Source: a virus. From it: DNA of 38,881 bases. Shown here in pieces: positions 1 through 8,667 of the stretch. Where the stretch lies: positions 1-38,881 of the IMG/VR virus record IMGVR_UViG_3300045988_103004; one strand, written 5' to 3'. Under the pieces are notes generated by a model. That model searched no databases. It saw only the letters and a program-made list of their open reading frames with translations, and was not told the origin of the DNA. A program made the position numbers and the translations under genes. Position 1 is the first letter of the stretch. Each line of letters starts with the position of its first letter.

Positions 1-99
1 AACAGAATAAGGCTTTAATAACAAAAGCTAAATCACGCGAAATCAATGAATGTTTATCTAGAATACCTGGATGGGAATCAACCAAAGGTCCAAAAAAGT
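1..99. repeat. Terminal direct repeat identical to 38783..38881; circular permutation or assembly overlap of a circular genome
   Basis: The first 99 nt ('aacagaataaggctttaataacaaaagc...ccaaaaaagt') recur exactly as the last 99 nt of the window; an open reading frame runs continuously across the junction. Confidence 0.9.
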
Positions 100-119
100 A
101 TGGTCCTTATGGATTACAA

Positions 120-415
120 AGAGGTTACATTCGAAAGGTTACAAATTAGCATTAAGGTTACATTATTAACTTAATAAAAGTTACAAAAAAAATAATGTAA
201 CCTAAAATGTAACCCTGAATGTTACCCTTAAAAATTAAAGCCTTATAACCTTTAGGTTATAGATACGAAAAAATCAATTAAAAAAATGGCAAAGGTTACA
301 AAGTTACATTTATTTCTAAGCTTCATGTGAATTTAGACAAAAACAATAGTGGCTAATATGCCTAAAACGCCTAATTACATATATGCGTTAGAAAAAATAA
401 AAAGAATGTAACCTT
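120..415. repeat. AT-rich iteron array with about 10 direct or inverted copies of GGTTACA/TGTAACC; candidate replication origin
   Basis: GGTTACA at 123, 137, 156, 294 and (GTTACA) at 180 and 303; TGTAACC at 196, 208 and 407; TGTTACC at 220; near-palindrome TAACCtttAGGTTA at 245..258. The block lies immediately downstream of the primase-helicase gene end (147..149 in wrapped coordinates) and upstream of the first replication-module gene. Confidence 0.55.
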
Positions 416-434
416 AAAACTAGAAAGGATAAAA

Positions 435-734
435 ATGCTTGAAAACTCGGTAGAAGAAAAACTTAAAAAAGAGGTTAAAAAGATAGGTGGAAAAGCATTC
501 AAGTTTGAAAGTAGCGGAAACGATGGAGTGCCTGATAGGATTGTTATTTTACCAGGAGGAAGAATTTATTTTGTTGAGTTAAAAAGACCAAAAGGAGGAA
601 GGTTTAGAAAATTACAAAAATGGCAAATGGAACAATTAGAACAGTTAGGCTGCAATGTAAAAAAAATCAAATCATACGAAGAAGTAGAAAAGTTTATTAA
701 AGAAGTTCAGGAGGTAAAAAAGGATGAAGTATAA
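435..734 (+). CDS. VRR-NUC domain nuclease
   Basis: 99 aa; 'GVPDRIVILPGGRIYFVELKRPKGG...KLQKWQ' matches the VRR-NUC (PD-(D/E)XK) signature; sits in the typical phage position before an SNF2 helicase; RBS aaaggat. Confidence 0.7.
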   Translation: MLENSVEEKLKKEVKKIGGKAFKFESSGNDGVPDRIVILPGGRIYFVELKRPKGGRFRKLQKWQMEQLEQLGCNVKKIKSYEEVEKFIKEVQEVKKDEV

Positions 735-2103
735 CCCACATGACTATCAAGAGTTTACGACACAGAAAATGATTGATACTCCACACTTCATGGCTTTACT
801 TGATATGGGACTAGGAAAGACAGTCATAACTTTAACAGCCTTGAATGAAATGATGTTTAATTCATTTGAGATAAACAAAGTATTGGTTATAGCACCATTG
901 AGAGTTGCTGAAATGACATGGAGCGAAGAGATAGAAAAGTGGGATCATCTAAAAAATATTGTAGTCTCAAAAATTATAGGACCTGAAAAACAAAGGATTG
1001 AAGCATTGTATAAGCATGCGGATATATTTTGTATCAATAGAGAAAATACTCAATGGTTAATTGACTATTCAATAAAAAAGAAAAAATGGATATTCGATTG
1101 TATCGTCATTGATGAATCAAGCAGCTTTAAAAATAGTCAATCAAAAAGATTTAAAGCTTTAAGAAAAGTTACTGCAATAGTTCCTAGAATAATTCTATTA
1201 ACTGGAACGCCAGCACCTAATAGCTTGATGGACTTATGGTCGCAAATGTATTTAATAGATGCAGGACAACGATTAGGAAGAACTATCACAGCTTATAGAC
1301 AAGAGTTCTTTACACCAGGAAGACGAAATCGAAATGTTGTATTTGAATATGTTCCAAGACCAGAAGCGGAACAAAAAATCTATGGAAGGATTAAGGATGT
1401 AGCTGTTAGTTTAAAAGCAACAGATTATATCAAGATGCCTGAAAGAATAGATAATTATATTAAACTTCAAATGCCAAAAAGAGTTGAGGCTTTATATCAA
1501 GAAATGGAAAAAGAATATATCTTAACTCTCAATGAAGAAGATATTACAGCAGCATCAGCAGCAGTTGTATGCGGTAAGTTACTTCAAATGGCTAATGGTG
1601 CTGTTTATACAAACGAAAAAAATGTTATAGCCATTCATGATTTAAAACTAGATGCTTTACAAGAAATATTAGATGACAATCCTGGAAAGCCTATTATGGT
1701 TTTTTATAACTTCCAACATGACTTAGATAGATTGCTAGAAAGATTTAAAGAAGAAAATCCAAGAAGACTTTTATCAACAGAAGATAAAAAGGATTGGGAC
1801 AATCACCAAATAAGATTACTTTTGGCTCATCCAGCTTCAATGGGACATGGATTAAACCTACAAGCTGGAGGAAATATTATAGTTTGGTTTGGACTAACTA
1901 ATAGTCTTGAATTGTATCAGCAAGCAAATGCAAGACTTTATAGACAAGGTCAAAAAGAAACAGTGATTATCAATCATTTAATTGTTAAAGATACTGAAGA
2001 TGAAAATGTTATAAAACGACTTCAGTCAAAAAGATTAAATCAAGATGAATTAATAGAAGCTGTAAAAGCAAAGATCAGAAAATACAAGGAGGAAACATTA
2101 TGA
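724..2103 (+). CDS. SNF2/DEAD-box family helicase (phage type)
   Basis: 459 aa; Walker A 'LDMGLGKT', DExx-like 'VIDESSSF', helicase C motif 'HPASMGHGLNLQ...QANARLYRQGQ'; start overlaps the VRR-NUC gene. Confidence 0.85.
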   Translation: MKYNPHDYQEFTTQKMIDTPHFMALLDMGLGKTVITLTALNEMMFNSFEINKVLVIAPLRVAEMTWSEEIEKWDHLKNIVVSKIIGPEKQRIEALYKHADIFCINRENTQWLIDYSIKKKKWIFDCIVIDESSSFKNSQSKRFKALRKVTAIVPRIILLTGTPAPNSLMDLWSQMYLIDAGQRLGRTITAYRQEFFTPGRRNRNVVFEYVPRPEAEQKIYGRIKDVAVSLKATDYIKMPERIDNYIKLQMPKRVEALYQEMEKEYILTLNEEDITAASAAVVCGKLLQMANGAVYTNEKNVIAIHDLKLDALQEILDDNPGKPIMVFYNFQHDLDRLLERFKEENPRRLLSTEDKKDWDNHQIRLLLAHPASMGHGLNLQAGGNIIVWFGLTNSLELYQQANARLYRQGQKETVIINHLIVKDTEDENVIKRLQSKRLNQDELIEAVKAKIRKYKEETL

Positions 2104-2330
2104 TCGATATTTTAAAAATTCAATTACAAGAAGCAAAAGAAGAAAGAGCTAAAAAGGTAAGACCTTATGACTTAAGAATTAAAAAATTAAGTGCAGCAAT
2201 TAAAAGCTTAGAAGAATTTAATTCTATTAGTGATGAGATTAATGATGCTGATAAGGATGAAGTAGCTAGTATTCCTACAGTGGAAGAAGCAGTAGAAATT
2301 GAAGAAAAACATCAGTCAGAAAAATTTTAG
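2100..2330 (+). CDS. hypothetical protein (76 aa, acidic C-terminus)
   Basis: ORF coupled by an ATGA overlap to the helicase gene; no recognisable domain. Confidence 0.45.
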   Translation: MIDILKIQLQEAKEERAKKVRPYDLRIKKLSAAIKSLEEFNSISDEINDADKDEVASIPTVEEAVEIEEKHQSEKF

Positions 2331-2450
2331 ATCGTTTTAAATTTAGAAATAAATTAGATACAATACACACGAACTCGGAATAGTCGAACATCCTAAGTGA
2401 GCCAGGACTAGTAGCTGTTTCGGGTTCGTATTTGTTTTAGGGGGTTTAAA

Positions 2451-2762
2451 ATGCCAACACCAGATAAAATACTAAAGTTCTATCACTCGACAGCTTGGAA
2501 GCGAGTACGTAATTTAAAAAAACAATTAGCAAGAGGAGTATGTGAACATTGCGGTGAGGCAGGATATGAAGTACATCATAAAATACCTTTAACATTAAGC
2601 AATGTAGATGATCCTAAAATTAGTTTAAGCTTGGATAATCTAGAGCTTTTATGTACTAGCTGTCATGATGCAGTTAGAGCAAATGAAAAAGAAGTAAGGA
2701 ACGATGTTACATTTGATGAGAATGGCAACTTAATTCCTAAAGAATTAAAAAGAAAAAGGTAA
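2451..2762 (+). CDS. HNH endonuclease (packaging-associated type)
   Basis: 103 aa; 'CEHCG...YEVHHKIPL...LCTSCHD' HNH zinc-finger motif; strong RBS 'gggggt' upstream. Confidence 0.8.
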   Translation: MPTPDKILKFYHSTAWKRVRNLKKQLARGVCEHCGEAGYEVHHKIPLTLSNVDDPKISLSLDNLELLCTSCHDAVRANEKEVRNDVTFDENGNLIPKELKRKR

Positions 2763-2915
2763 ATTATAAAGGGCACCCCCGGGTCTAAAATTCAAAAATT
2801 GAAAGCGAAGACAACGGCAGTGGACTTCAGAAAAATATATACCCGATTTTTGAAAATCGATGATAAACCTAGAAAATTAATTGAAAAAATGACAAAAAGG
2901 AGGAAATAAAAGTTA

Positions 2916-3650
2916 ATGCAAGTTATTAAAATGAAAATCACGGATTTAAAGCCGTATGAGAAAAATGCAAAGCTTCATCCCGATAAACAAATTAATCAGA
3001 TTGCTGAATCAATTAAAAAATTTGGGATGAATGATCCTATAGGTATATGGGGAAAACAAAATCTAATAGTGGAAGGACATGGACGATATTTAGCATGTTT
3101 GAAATTAGGAATAGAAGAAGTGGACTGTATAAGATTAGATCATTTAACCGATATAGAAAGAAAAGAATATACGTTAATTCATAATAAGACCACTATGAAT
3201 TCGGACTTTGATTTAGAAATACTAGCGGAAGAATTGAAAGACATAGCTAATGATGTAACCATCGATATGTCAGAGTTTGATTTTGAAATTCCGGCATTAG
3301 CAGATAAATTAAGCGAAGATAATTATACACCGGAACTTCCTAAAGTTCCTAAGGCAAAAAGAGGAGATATTTATAAATTAGGTAGACATCGATTGATGTG
3401 TGGTGATGCCACTGAAGAAGATGATGTGGAAAAATTAGTCGATTTAGGAAAAGTCGATATTGTAATAACTGACCCTCCATATAATGTAAATTACGAAGGC
3501 ACAGCAGGACAAATAATGAATGATAACATGGAGTCAAACAGCTTCATTAGTTTTTTAAGTAAAGCGTTTAGTTTGATGAACTTGTTTCTTAAGCCGGGGG
3601 GGGGGCATTCTATGTTTGGCATGCAAGTAGTGAGGTTTATAGCTTTGTAA
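2916..3650 (+). CDS. ParB-like nuclease domain fused to the N-terminal half of a DNA amino-methyltransferase (motif IV DPPY); terminates prematurely after the G10 tract
   Basis: ParB N-terminal domain ('KPYEKNAKLHPDKQINQIAESIKKFGMNDPI...EGHGRYLA'); 'IVITDPPYNVNYEG' motif IV of beta-class N6A/N4C methyltransferases; frame 0 reads 'LKPGGGHSMF...IAL*' through the poly-G. Confidence 0.75.
   Translation: MQVIKMKITDLKPYEKNAKLHPDKQINQIAESIKKFGMNDPIGIWGKQNLIVEGHGRYLACLKLGIEEVDCIRLDHLTDIERKEYTLIHNKTTMNSDFDLEILAEELKDIANDVTIDMSEFDFEIPALADKLSEDNYTPELPKVPKAKRGDIYKLGRHRLMCGDATEEDDVEKLVDLGKVDIVITDPPYNVNYEGTAGQIMNDNMESNSFISFLSKAFSLMNLFLKPGGGHSMFGMQVVRFIAL
3596..3605. repeat. G10 homopolymeric tract inside the methyltransferase gene; frameshift or phase-variation point
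   Basis: ccGGGGGGGGGGcat. The upstream frame (0) and downstream frame (2) would fuse with 11 or 8 G; with 10 G the gene is split. Confidence 0.85.
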
Positions 3651-3739
3651 CTGCACTCTTAAATGCAGGGCTCAAAACAAAGCAAGAGATTATCTGGAAG
3701 AAAAATGCCTTTGCATTAGGTAGGCAAGATTACCAATGG

Positions 3740-4171
3740 ATGCATGAACCTTGTTTATATGGATGGAAAGAAGGAGCAAGCCATTATTTTATCGATGATC
3801 GTAGCTATGCAACGGTAGTTGATGAAAAAGAAATTGATATAAATAAAATGAAACTTCCAGAGTTACGAAGATTGGTAAGAGATTTAATGGCACCTAAAGT
3901 CCCAGTTAGTGTGATAGAAGAGGATAAGCCATTACGAAGTATAGAGCATCCCACAATGAAGCCTATAAGACTTATAGGTAGACTGCTAAATAATTCTAGT
4001 AGACAAAATGAAACCGTCTTAGATTTGTTTGGCGGTTCAGGATCTACTCTTATTGCAGCTGAACAGCTAAATAGAAAGTGTTTGATAATGGAACTAGATC
4101 CAAAATACGTTGATGTGATTATTGATAGATACGAAAAACTAACAGGGATAAAAGCAGAAAAAATAAATTAA
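3740..4171 (+). CDS. C-terminal half of the DNA methyltransferase (motif I FGGSGST); the frame is open from 3593 without an ATG and is the continuation of 2916..3650
   Basis: Frame 2 from 3602 reads 'GAFYVWHASSEVYSFVTALLNAGLKTKQEIIWKKNAFALGRQDYQWMHEPCLYGWK...' (conserved amino-methyltransferase core), then 'LDLFGGSGSTLIAAEQLNRKCLIMELDPKY' (SAM-binding motif I). Confidence 0.75.
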   Translation: MHEPCLYGWKEGASHYFIDDRSYATVVDEKEIDINKMKLPELRRLVRDLMAPKVPVSVIEEDKPLRSIEHPTMKPIRLIGRLLNNSSRQNETVLDLFGGSGSTLIAAEQLNRKCLIMELDPKYVDVIIDRYEKLTGIKAEKIN

Positions 4172-4188
4172 ACAAAGGAGACTCATAA

Positions 4189-5268
4189 ATGAATTTATTT
4201 AGTACAGAGCAAGTAAGTAAATATCATCCAGACAAAGTGGCTGATCAAATAAGTGATGCTATTTTAACTGAATGTTTAAAACAAGACCCTACTTCACATG
4301 TTGCAGTAGAATGCCTTATCAAATCGAATCTAGTCGTTTTAGCTGGTGAGGTGAAAACTAAAGCTAATATTAATTATAAAGATGTTGCTTCTAAGGTTTT
4401 AAGAAAATTACATTATTTAGATGAGTATGAATATCGATTTGAGATTAATATATCGGAACAAAGCCCTGAAATAGATGGAGCAGTTATCAATCAAGAAGAA
4501 GTTGATGAATTGGGTGCAGGTGATCAAGGCATTATGATTGGCTATGCTGATAGAACAACTCAAAGTAAACTACCATGGCCATTTGAACTAGCTAATAAAA
4601 TTATTAATTTGATAGAAACAGATGTTGAAAAGCCTAACTCTATTCTTAAGGGTGATGCAAAAACTCAAGTTACAGCTGATATGGATAATAGCGAACAAAA
4701 AGCAAAATTAATAATAGTTAGTGTTTGTCATAAAAGTGCAGTGGCATTTGATGATGTAAAAAAGTACATAAAAAAGATTATTGATGATAATAGCATTCAA
4801 TATGAAAGTTTAATTGTTAATCCAGGTGGTCCTTGGACAATAGGGGGACCTACTGCTGATTGTGGATTAACAGGAAGAAAGATAGTATGTGACTCTTACG
4901 GGGGGTTTATACCAGTTGGTGGCGGTGCTTTTTCTGGAAAGGATCCTACAAAAGTCGATCGTTCTGCATCCTATATGGTTAGACATATAGCATTAAGAAC
5001 GCTCGAAAAATTCCCACAATATAAAACTTGTGAAATAAGGCTAGCTTATGGAATAGGAATACCACAACCAGTATCAGTTGCTATTAATGTAACACCTCAA
5101 TTTGCAGATATGATAGAGGAAAATAGAGTGAAGCGTTTTGTACTTGCACATTTTGATTTAACACCTAAGGGGATTATAGAAACATTAAATTTGCTAAATG
5201 TAGATTATGAAAAATTAGCGGAAGGATGCCATTACAGATATGACTGGACGAAAACCAATGCCTGCTAG
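4189..5268 (+). CDS. metK: S-adenosylmethionine synthetase (methionine adenosyltransferase), phage-encoded
   Basis: 359 aa; 'KYHPDKVADQISDAILTECL...DP...AVEC', 'GAGDQGIMIGYA' (MetK signature 1), 'DAKTQVT', 'GGGAFSGKDPTKVDRSASY' (MetK signature 2); strong RBS aaaggag. Confidence 0.85.
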   Translation: MNLFSTEQVSKYHPDKVADQISDAILTECLKQDPTSHVAVECLIKSNLVVLAGEVKTKANINYKDVASKVLRKLHYLDEYEYRFEINISEQSPEIDGAVINQEEVDELGAGDQGIMIGYADRTTQSKLPWPFELANKIINLIETDVEKPNSILKGDAKTQVTADMDNSEQKAKLIIVSVCHKSAVAFDDVKKYIKKIIDDNSIQYESLIVNPGGPWTIGGPTADCGLTGRKIVCDSYGGFIPVGGGAFSGKDPTKVDRSASYMVRHIALRTLEKFPQYKTCEIRLAYGIGIPQPVSVAINVTPQFADMIEENRVKRFVLAHFDLTPKGIIETLNLLNVDYEKLAEGCHYRYDWTKTNAC

Positions 5269-5737
5269 ATTAATAGATCCAGCAGAACATAAAAAATCAA
5301 AAGAGCAAATTGATGCAAGACAAGAAATTGAAGCTGGTCTACAAACTACTTCAACTCTTAAATGCCCAGGCTTTCTAAGTCCAGAAGCAAAGAAAGAATG
5401 GCGAAGAATAATGAAACTATATAAACAAATGGATAATGGCATATTATGCGATTTGGATAAAATGGCATTAGTCGCATATTGTGAAGCTGTTTCTATGTAT
5501 AATAAAGCACAAGAAACATGGGCTAAATATAATCAAATAGTTGCTGCGAATCCAGATGCACAAAGAGTACTTGATAAAGCAAGACTTGTCATGAAAGAAC
5601 AAACAAAAATAATGGTTAGTTTGTCAGAACAATTATGCCTTACTCCAGTAGGCCGTGCAAGAATGGGAATGGGAATAGGTAAAAAAGAGCCTAGTGCAAT
5701 AGATAAGTTCTTATCTGAGGATGAGGACGATGTATGA
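5240..5737 (+). CDS. terminase small subunit (P27-family-like)
   Basis: 165 aa; positioned immediately upstream of and overlapping the large terminase; basic N-terminus 'MTGRKPMPARLIDPAEHKKSKEQ' is typical of P27-type TerS. Confidence 0.65.
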   Translation: MTGRKPMPARLIDPAEHKKSKEQIDARQEIEAGLQTTSTLKCPGFLSPEAKKEWRRIMKLYKQMDNGILCDLDKMALVAYCEAVSMYNKAQETWAKYNQIVAANPDAQRVLDKARLVMKEQTKIMVSLSEQLCLTPVGRARMGMGIGKKEPSAIDKFLSEDEDDV

Positions 5738-7407
5738 ATTATGTAAAGCTTTATATTGAGAAACTAAAAAGTGGCGAGATTATAACAAGTCAAAAAGTTA
5801 AAAAATGGTATTTTAATCACATAGAGCCCATTATAAATGACCAAGATCCAAATTATTATTTTAATGAAAAACGCGGTGAAAAATTTATCCGCTTTGCTGA
5901 AACGTTTTGTAAACAGTCAAAAGATAGATGGGCAGGCAAACCATTATCATTATGCTTGTTTCAGAAGGCAAAATGGCAATGCATATTTGGAATTTTGAAG
6001 CGAGAAACCAATCGTAGAAAATTCCGTGAAGTACTTGATGTAAGAGGTAGAAAAAACGGGAAGTCAACTGAGCATGCAGCTGTTGCTAACTATTTAACAC
6101 TTACAGAAAAAGGCGGTGAGCTTTATAGTGCAGCGACAGTTGCTGATCAAGCTAGAAGAATCTGGGAAGAAAGCCAAAGTATGATAGATCAATCAAAAGA
6201 CCTCCAATCAGTTTTAGATTATAAAGTATTCCCTAGGCCTACTATTTATAAGAAAAGAACGGCTTTTAAATCAACATATAAAGTACTTTCAAAAAACGTT
6301 AGAACATTTGATGGACTTAATGCTTCTGGTGCTATTATTGATGAAATTCATGAATTGCCAAGATCCATTTATGATATTTTAAAACAATCAATGTCAGCAC
6401 GTAGTGAGCCATTACTAAGTATGATTACTACTGCTGGCTTCGTTCGTGCGGGATTGTTTGATGACGAATATGAATACGCATCAAAAGTTATAGATGGCTT
6501 AATACAGGATGAAACATTATTTCCGCTAATTTATGAATTAGATAGTCCAGATGAAATAGAAGATGAATCGTGTTGGATAAAAGCAAATCCAGCTATTGAT
6601 ATAATCAAAGATAGAGATGAACTAAGACGTAATGTTATAAGAATGAAAGGTGATCCTAATTTTGCAAATACAGTAAAAACAAAAGATTTTAATATGATAG
6701 GAATTCAAGGAAAGACATGGTTAACCTTTGAAGATTTAAATGTAACTGATGAATATAGCGAACAAGAATTGGAAAAATTTAATAACACTATAGTGCTTGG
6801 TGGTTTTGACTTGTCGCGTACTAATGACTTAACAGCATTCACAACTTTATTGTTTGATAAAGAGAATCATAGACCTATTGCAATTACGATGTACTGGATA
6901 ACTGCTAAATTTTTAGAGCAGCAAGAGCAAAATAATTCAAAAGTACCATGGAGGCAATGGGTGGATAGAGGCCTAATAAGAATTAGTGGTAATGAGCTAA
7001 TAGATTACCATGATATAGCAAATTATGTAGCAGCTAATTTTAAGCAAAGAGGATGGATGTATCAATTTATTAATTATGATAGCTACTCAGCTGTTTATTT
7101 AGTTCAAGAATTAGCACAAATGGGATACGCCGAAGATTACTGCTTAAAATCAACACCACAAGGTGCAAAGACCCTTAGCATACCAATGCAAACATTAGAA
7201 GCTCACTTGAAATCAAAGCTCATTTGTTATCAAAATAATCCAGTAACTAAGTGGATGTTATCCAATGTAGAGTTAGAACTTGATCGTAATGGAAACTATA
7301 TGCCTAAGAAAGCAGGCAATAAACGTGAAAGAAAAATAGATGGACCAGCAACTATTTTAGACTGTTATGTGAGCTTGTGCGAGAATGTAGATTACTACCT
7401 AAATTAA
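5734..7407 (+). CDS. terminase large subunit
   Basis: 557 aa; Walker A-like 'DVRGRKNGKSTE'; size and position (TerS-TerL-portal) fit. Confidence 0.85.
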   Translation: MNYVKLYIEKLKSGEIITSQKVKKWYFNHIEPIINDQDPNYYFNEKRGEKFIRFAETFCKQSKDRWAGKPLSLCLFQKAKWQCIFGILKRETNRRKFREVLDVRGRKNGKSTEHAAVANYLTLTEKGGELYSAATVADQARRIWEESQSMIDQSKDLQSVLDYKVFPRPTIYKKRTAFKSTYKVLSKNVRTFDGLNASGAIIDEIHELPRSIYDILKQSMSARSEPLLSMITTAGFVRAGLFDDEYEYASKVIDGLIQDETLFPLIYELDSPDEIEDESCWIKANPAIDIIKDRDELRRNVIRMKGDPNFANTVKTKDFNMIGIQGKTWLTFEDLNVTDEYSEQELEKFNNTIVLGGFDLSRTNDLTAFTTLLFDKENHRPIAITMYWITAKFLEQQEQNNSKVPWRQWVDRGLIRISGNELIDYHDIANYVAANFKQRGWMYQFINYDSYSAVYLVQELAQMGYAEDYCLKSTPQGAKTLSIPMQTLEAHLKSKLICYQNNPVTKWMLSNVELELDRNGNYMPKKAGNKRERKIDGPATILDCYVSLCENVDYYLN

Positions 7408-7425
7408 AGAAAGGAGCTAGATAGC

Positions 7426-8667
7426 GTGGGACTTTTAGCAAAAATACAAAAAGTACTATTTAAAAACGATAAAGGGCTAAAAGAGCCTAAAGGAACGTCA
7501 AATATACTAGATTTGTTTATACCTTCTTTTTCTGGATTAGCTGATCCGGCATTTAATACAACATTTATGGCAGCAGTAAATGCACACGCTAAGCATGTAA
7601 GCAAAATACAGCCTAAGGTATATCTAAAAGAAGAGCCTACTAAAAACAAAATGTATTTGGATAGGATATTATGCCTTAGACCTAACCCTGTTATGAGTGC
7701 ACCATTGATGTGGAAGATCGTAGCAACTTCATACTTTAGAGATAATTTATCTGTATTGTATTTGGAGTGGGACCTTGTCAATTTTAAAGAGCCATTAAAA
7801 GCTATATGGCCTTTAGACCTAGACAAGAATAGTGTTGAGTTTAGAGAAATAGATGGAAGAATCTATTTAAAATTTAGACTCGAAGGTGAAATAAAATATG
7901 CTTCGATGGAAGATTTGATAATTTTGACGCGTGAAGCTGATCCATCATCATTATTAGGATCTAGAAGTCCAGCTATAGCTGAGACTTTAAAGGCAATTAA
8001 AACATCCTATGAAGGAATGCAACAAGCTATTCAAACTAGTGCATTTATTAGATTTATTATTAATTCTACAACACCTTTAACTGATGAAATTAAAGCTCAA
8101 AAAGCAAAAAAGTTTGCCGAAGATTACCTGACAATGGGGAAATCCTATGGTGTAATTTATACAGATAGTGCTTCGCAAGTGACAAAAGTGGAAAGCTCAG
8201 GAAAGTGGGCTAGCTCTGATGAAATTAAAGATCTTAAAAATGACATATATGAATATCAGGGAATAACTGAAGAAATTATTAAAGGTAAATATACAGAAAA
8301 CGAATGGCAAAGCTATTATGAATCAACACTCGAACCATTCCTAATAGAGTTGCAAACAGAGCTAACTTTTAAACTTTTTACAAAAGAGGAAATATGTAAA
8401 GGCAATAACATTAGAGTAATATCAAATAGGCTTCAAAATGCTTCGCTTGAAACAAGATTAAAAATTGCAACAGCTTATATGAGATTGCCAGTTTATAAAC
8501 CAAATGTTATTACTAATTTACTTTATTTACCAGACTTAGAAAATGGCGATAAAGAATATGCAACACTTAATTTTGTAAATGCCGATAAGCAAGATGATTA
8601 CCAAGGAGTTGATAAAACTTCTAATGACAAGGAGGATGAAGAAGATGGCACAAATGAAACAAGCTAG
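7426..8667 (+). CDS. portal protein (HK97-like family)
   Basis: 413 aa; follows TerL; acidic C-terminus; typical length and synteny. Confidence 0.75.
   Translation: MGLLAKIQKVLFKNDKGLKEPKGTSNILDLFIPSFSGLADPAFNTTFMAAVNAHAKHVSKIQPKVYLKEEPTKNKMYLDRILCLRPNPVMSAPLMWKIVATSYFRDNLSVLYLEWDLVNFKEPLKAIWPLDLDKNSVEFREIDGRIYLKFRLEGEIKYASMEDLIILTREADPSSLLGSRSPAIAETLKAIKTSYEGMQQAIQTSAFIRFIINSTTPLTDEIKAQKAKKFAEDYLTMGKSYGVIYTDSASQVTKVESSGKWASSDEIKDLKNDIYEYQGITEEIIKGKYTENEWQSYYESTLEPFLIELQTELTFKLFTKEEICKGNNIRVISNRLQNASLETRLKIATAYMRLPVYKPNVITNLLYLPDLENGDKEYATLNFVNADKQDDYQGVDKTSNDKEDEEDGTNETS

Noticed and set aside
1-99. Terminal 99-bp direct repeat as a biological direct terminal repeat (DTR) of the virion
   Set aside because: A large ORF (primase-helicase) reads seamlessly across the junction, and the presence of an integrase/repressor module argues for a circular or prophage replicon; the overlap is more simply a circular-assembly or permutation artefact. 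A true short DTR cannot be excluded without read-terminus data.
3349-3537. Minus-strand ORFs embedded in plus-strand genes (3349..3537, 5215..5442, 5885..6067, 7404..7826, 8689..8877, 9274..9582, 9589..9885, 11194..11466, 12759..13022, 13010..13240, 24582..24776, 26463..26672, 27646..27840, 28211..28432, 30605..30844, 31390..31722, 32740..32994, 35035..35259, 35383..35589, 36100..36378, 37262..37757, 38013..38282, 38679..38867)
   Set aside because: Each lies antisense within a well-supported gene, lacks an RBS, and has low-complexity composition typical of antisense readings of AT-rich coding DNA.
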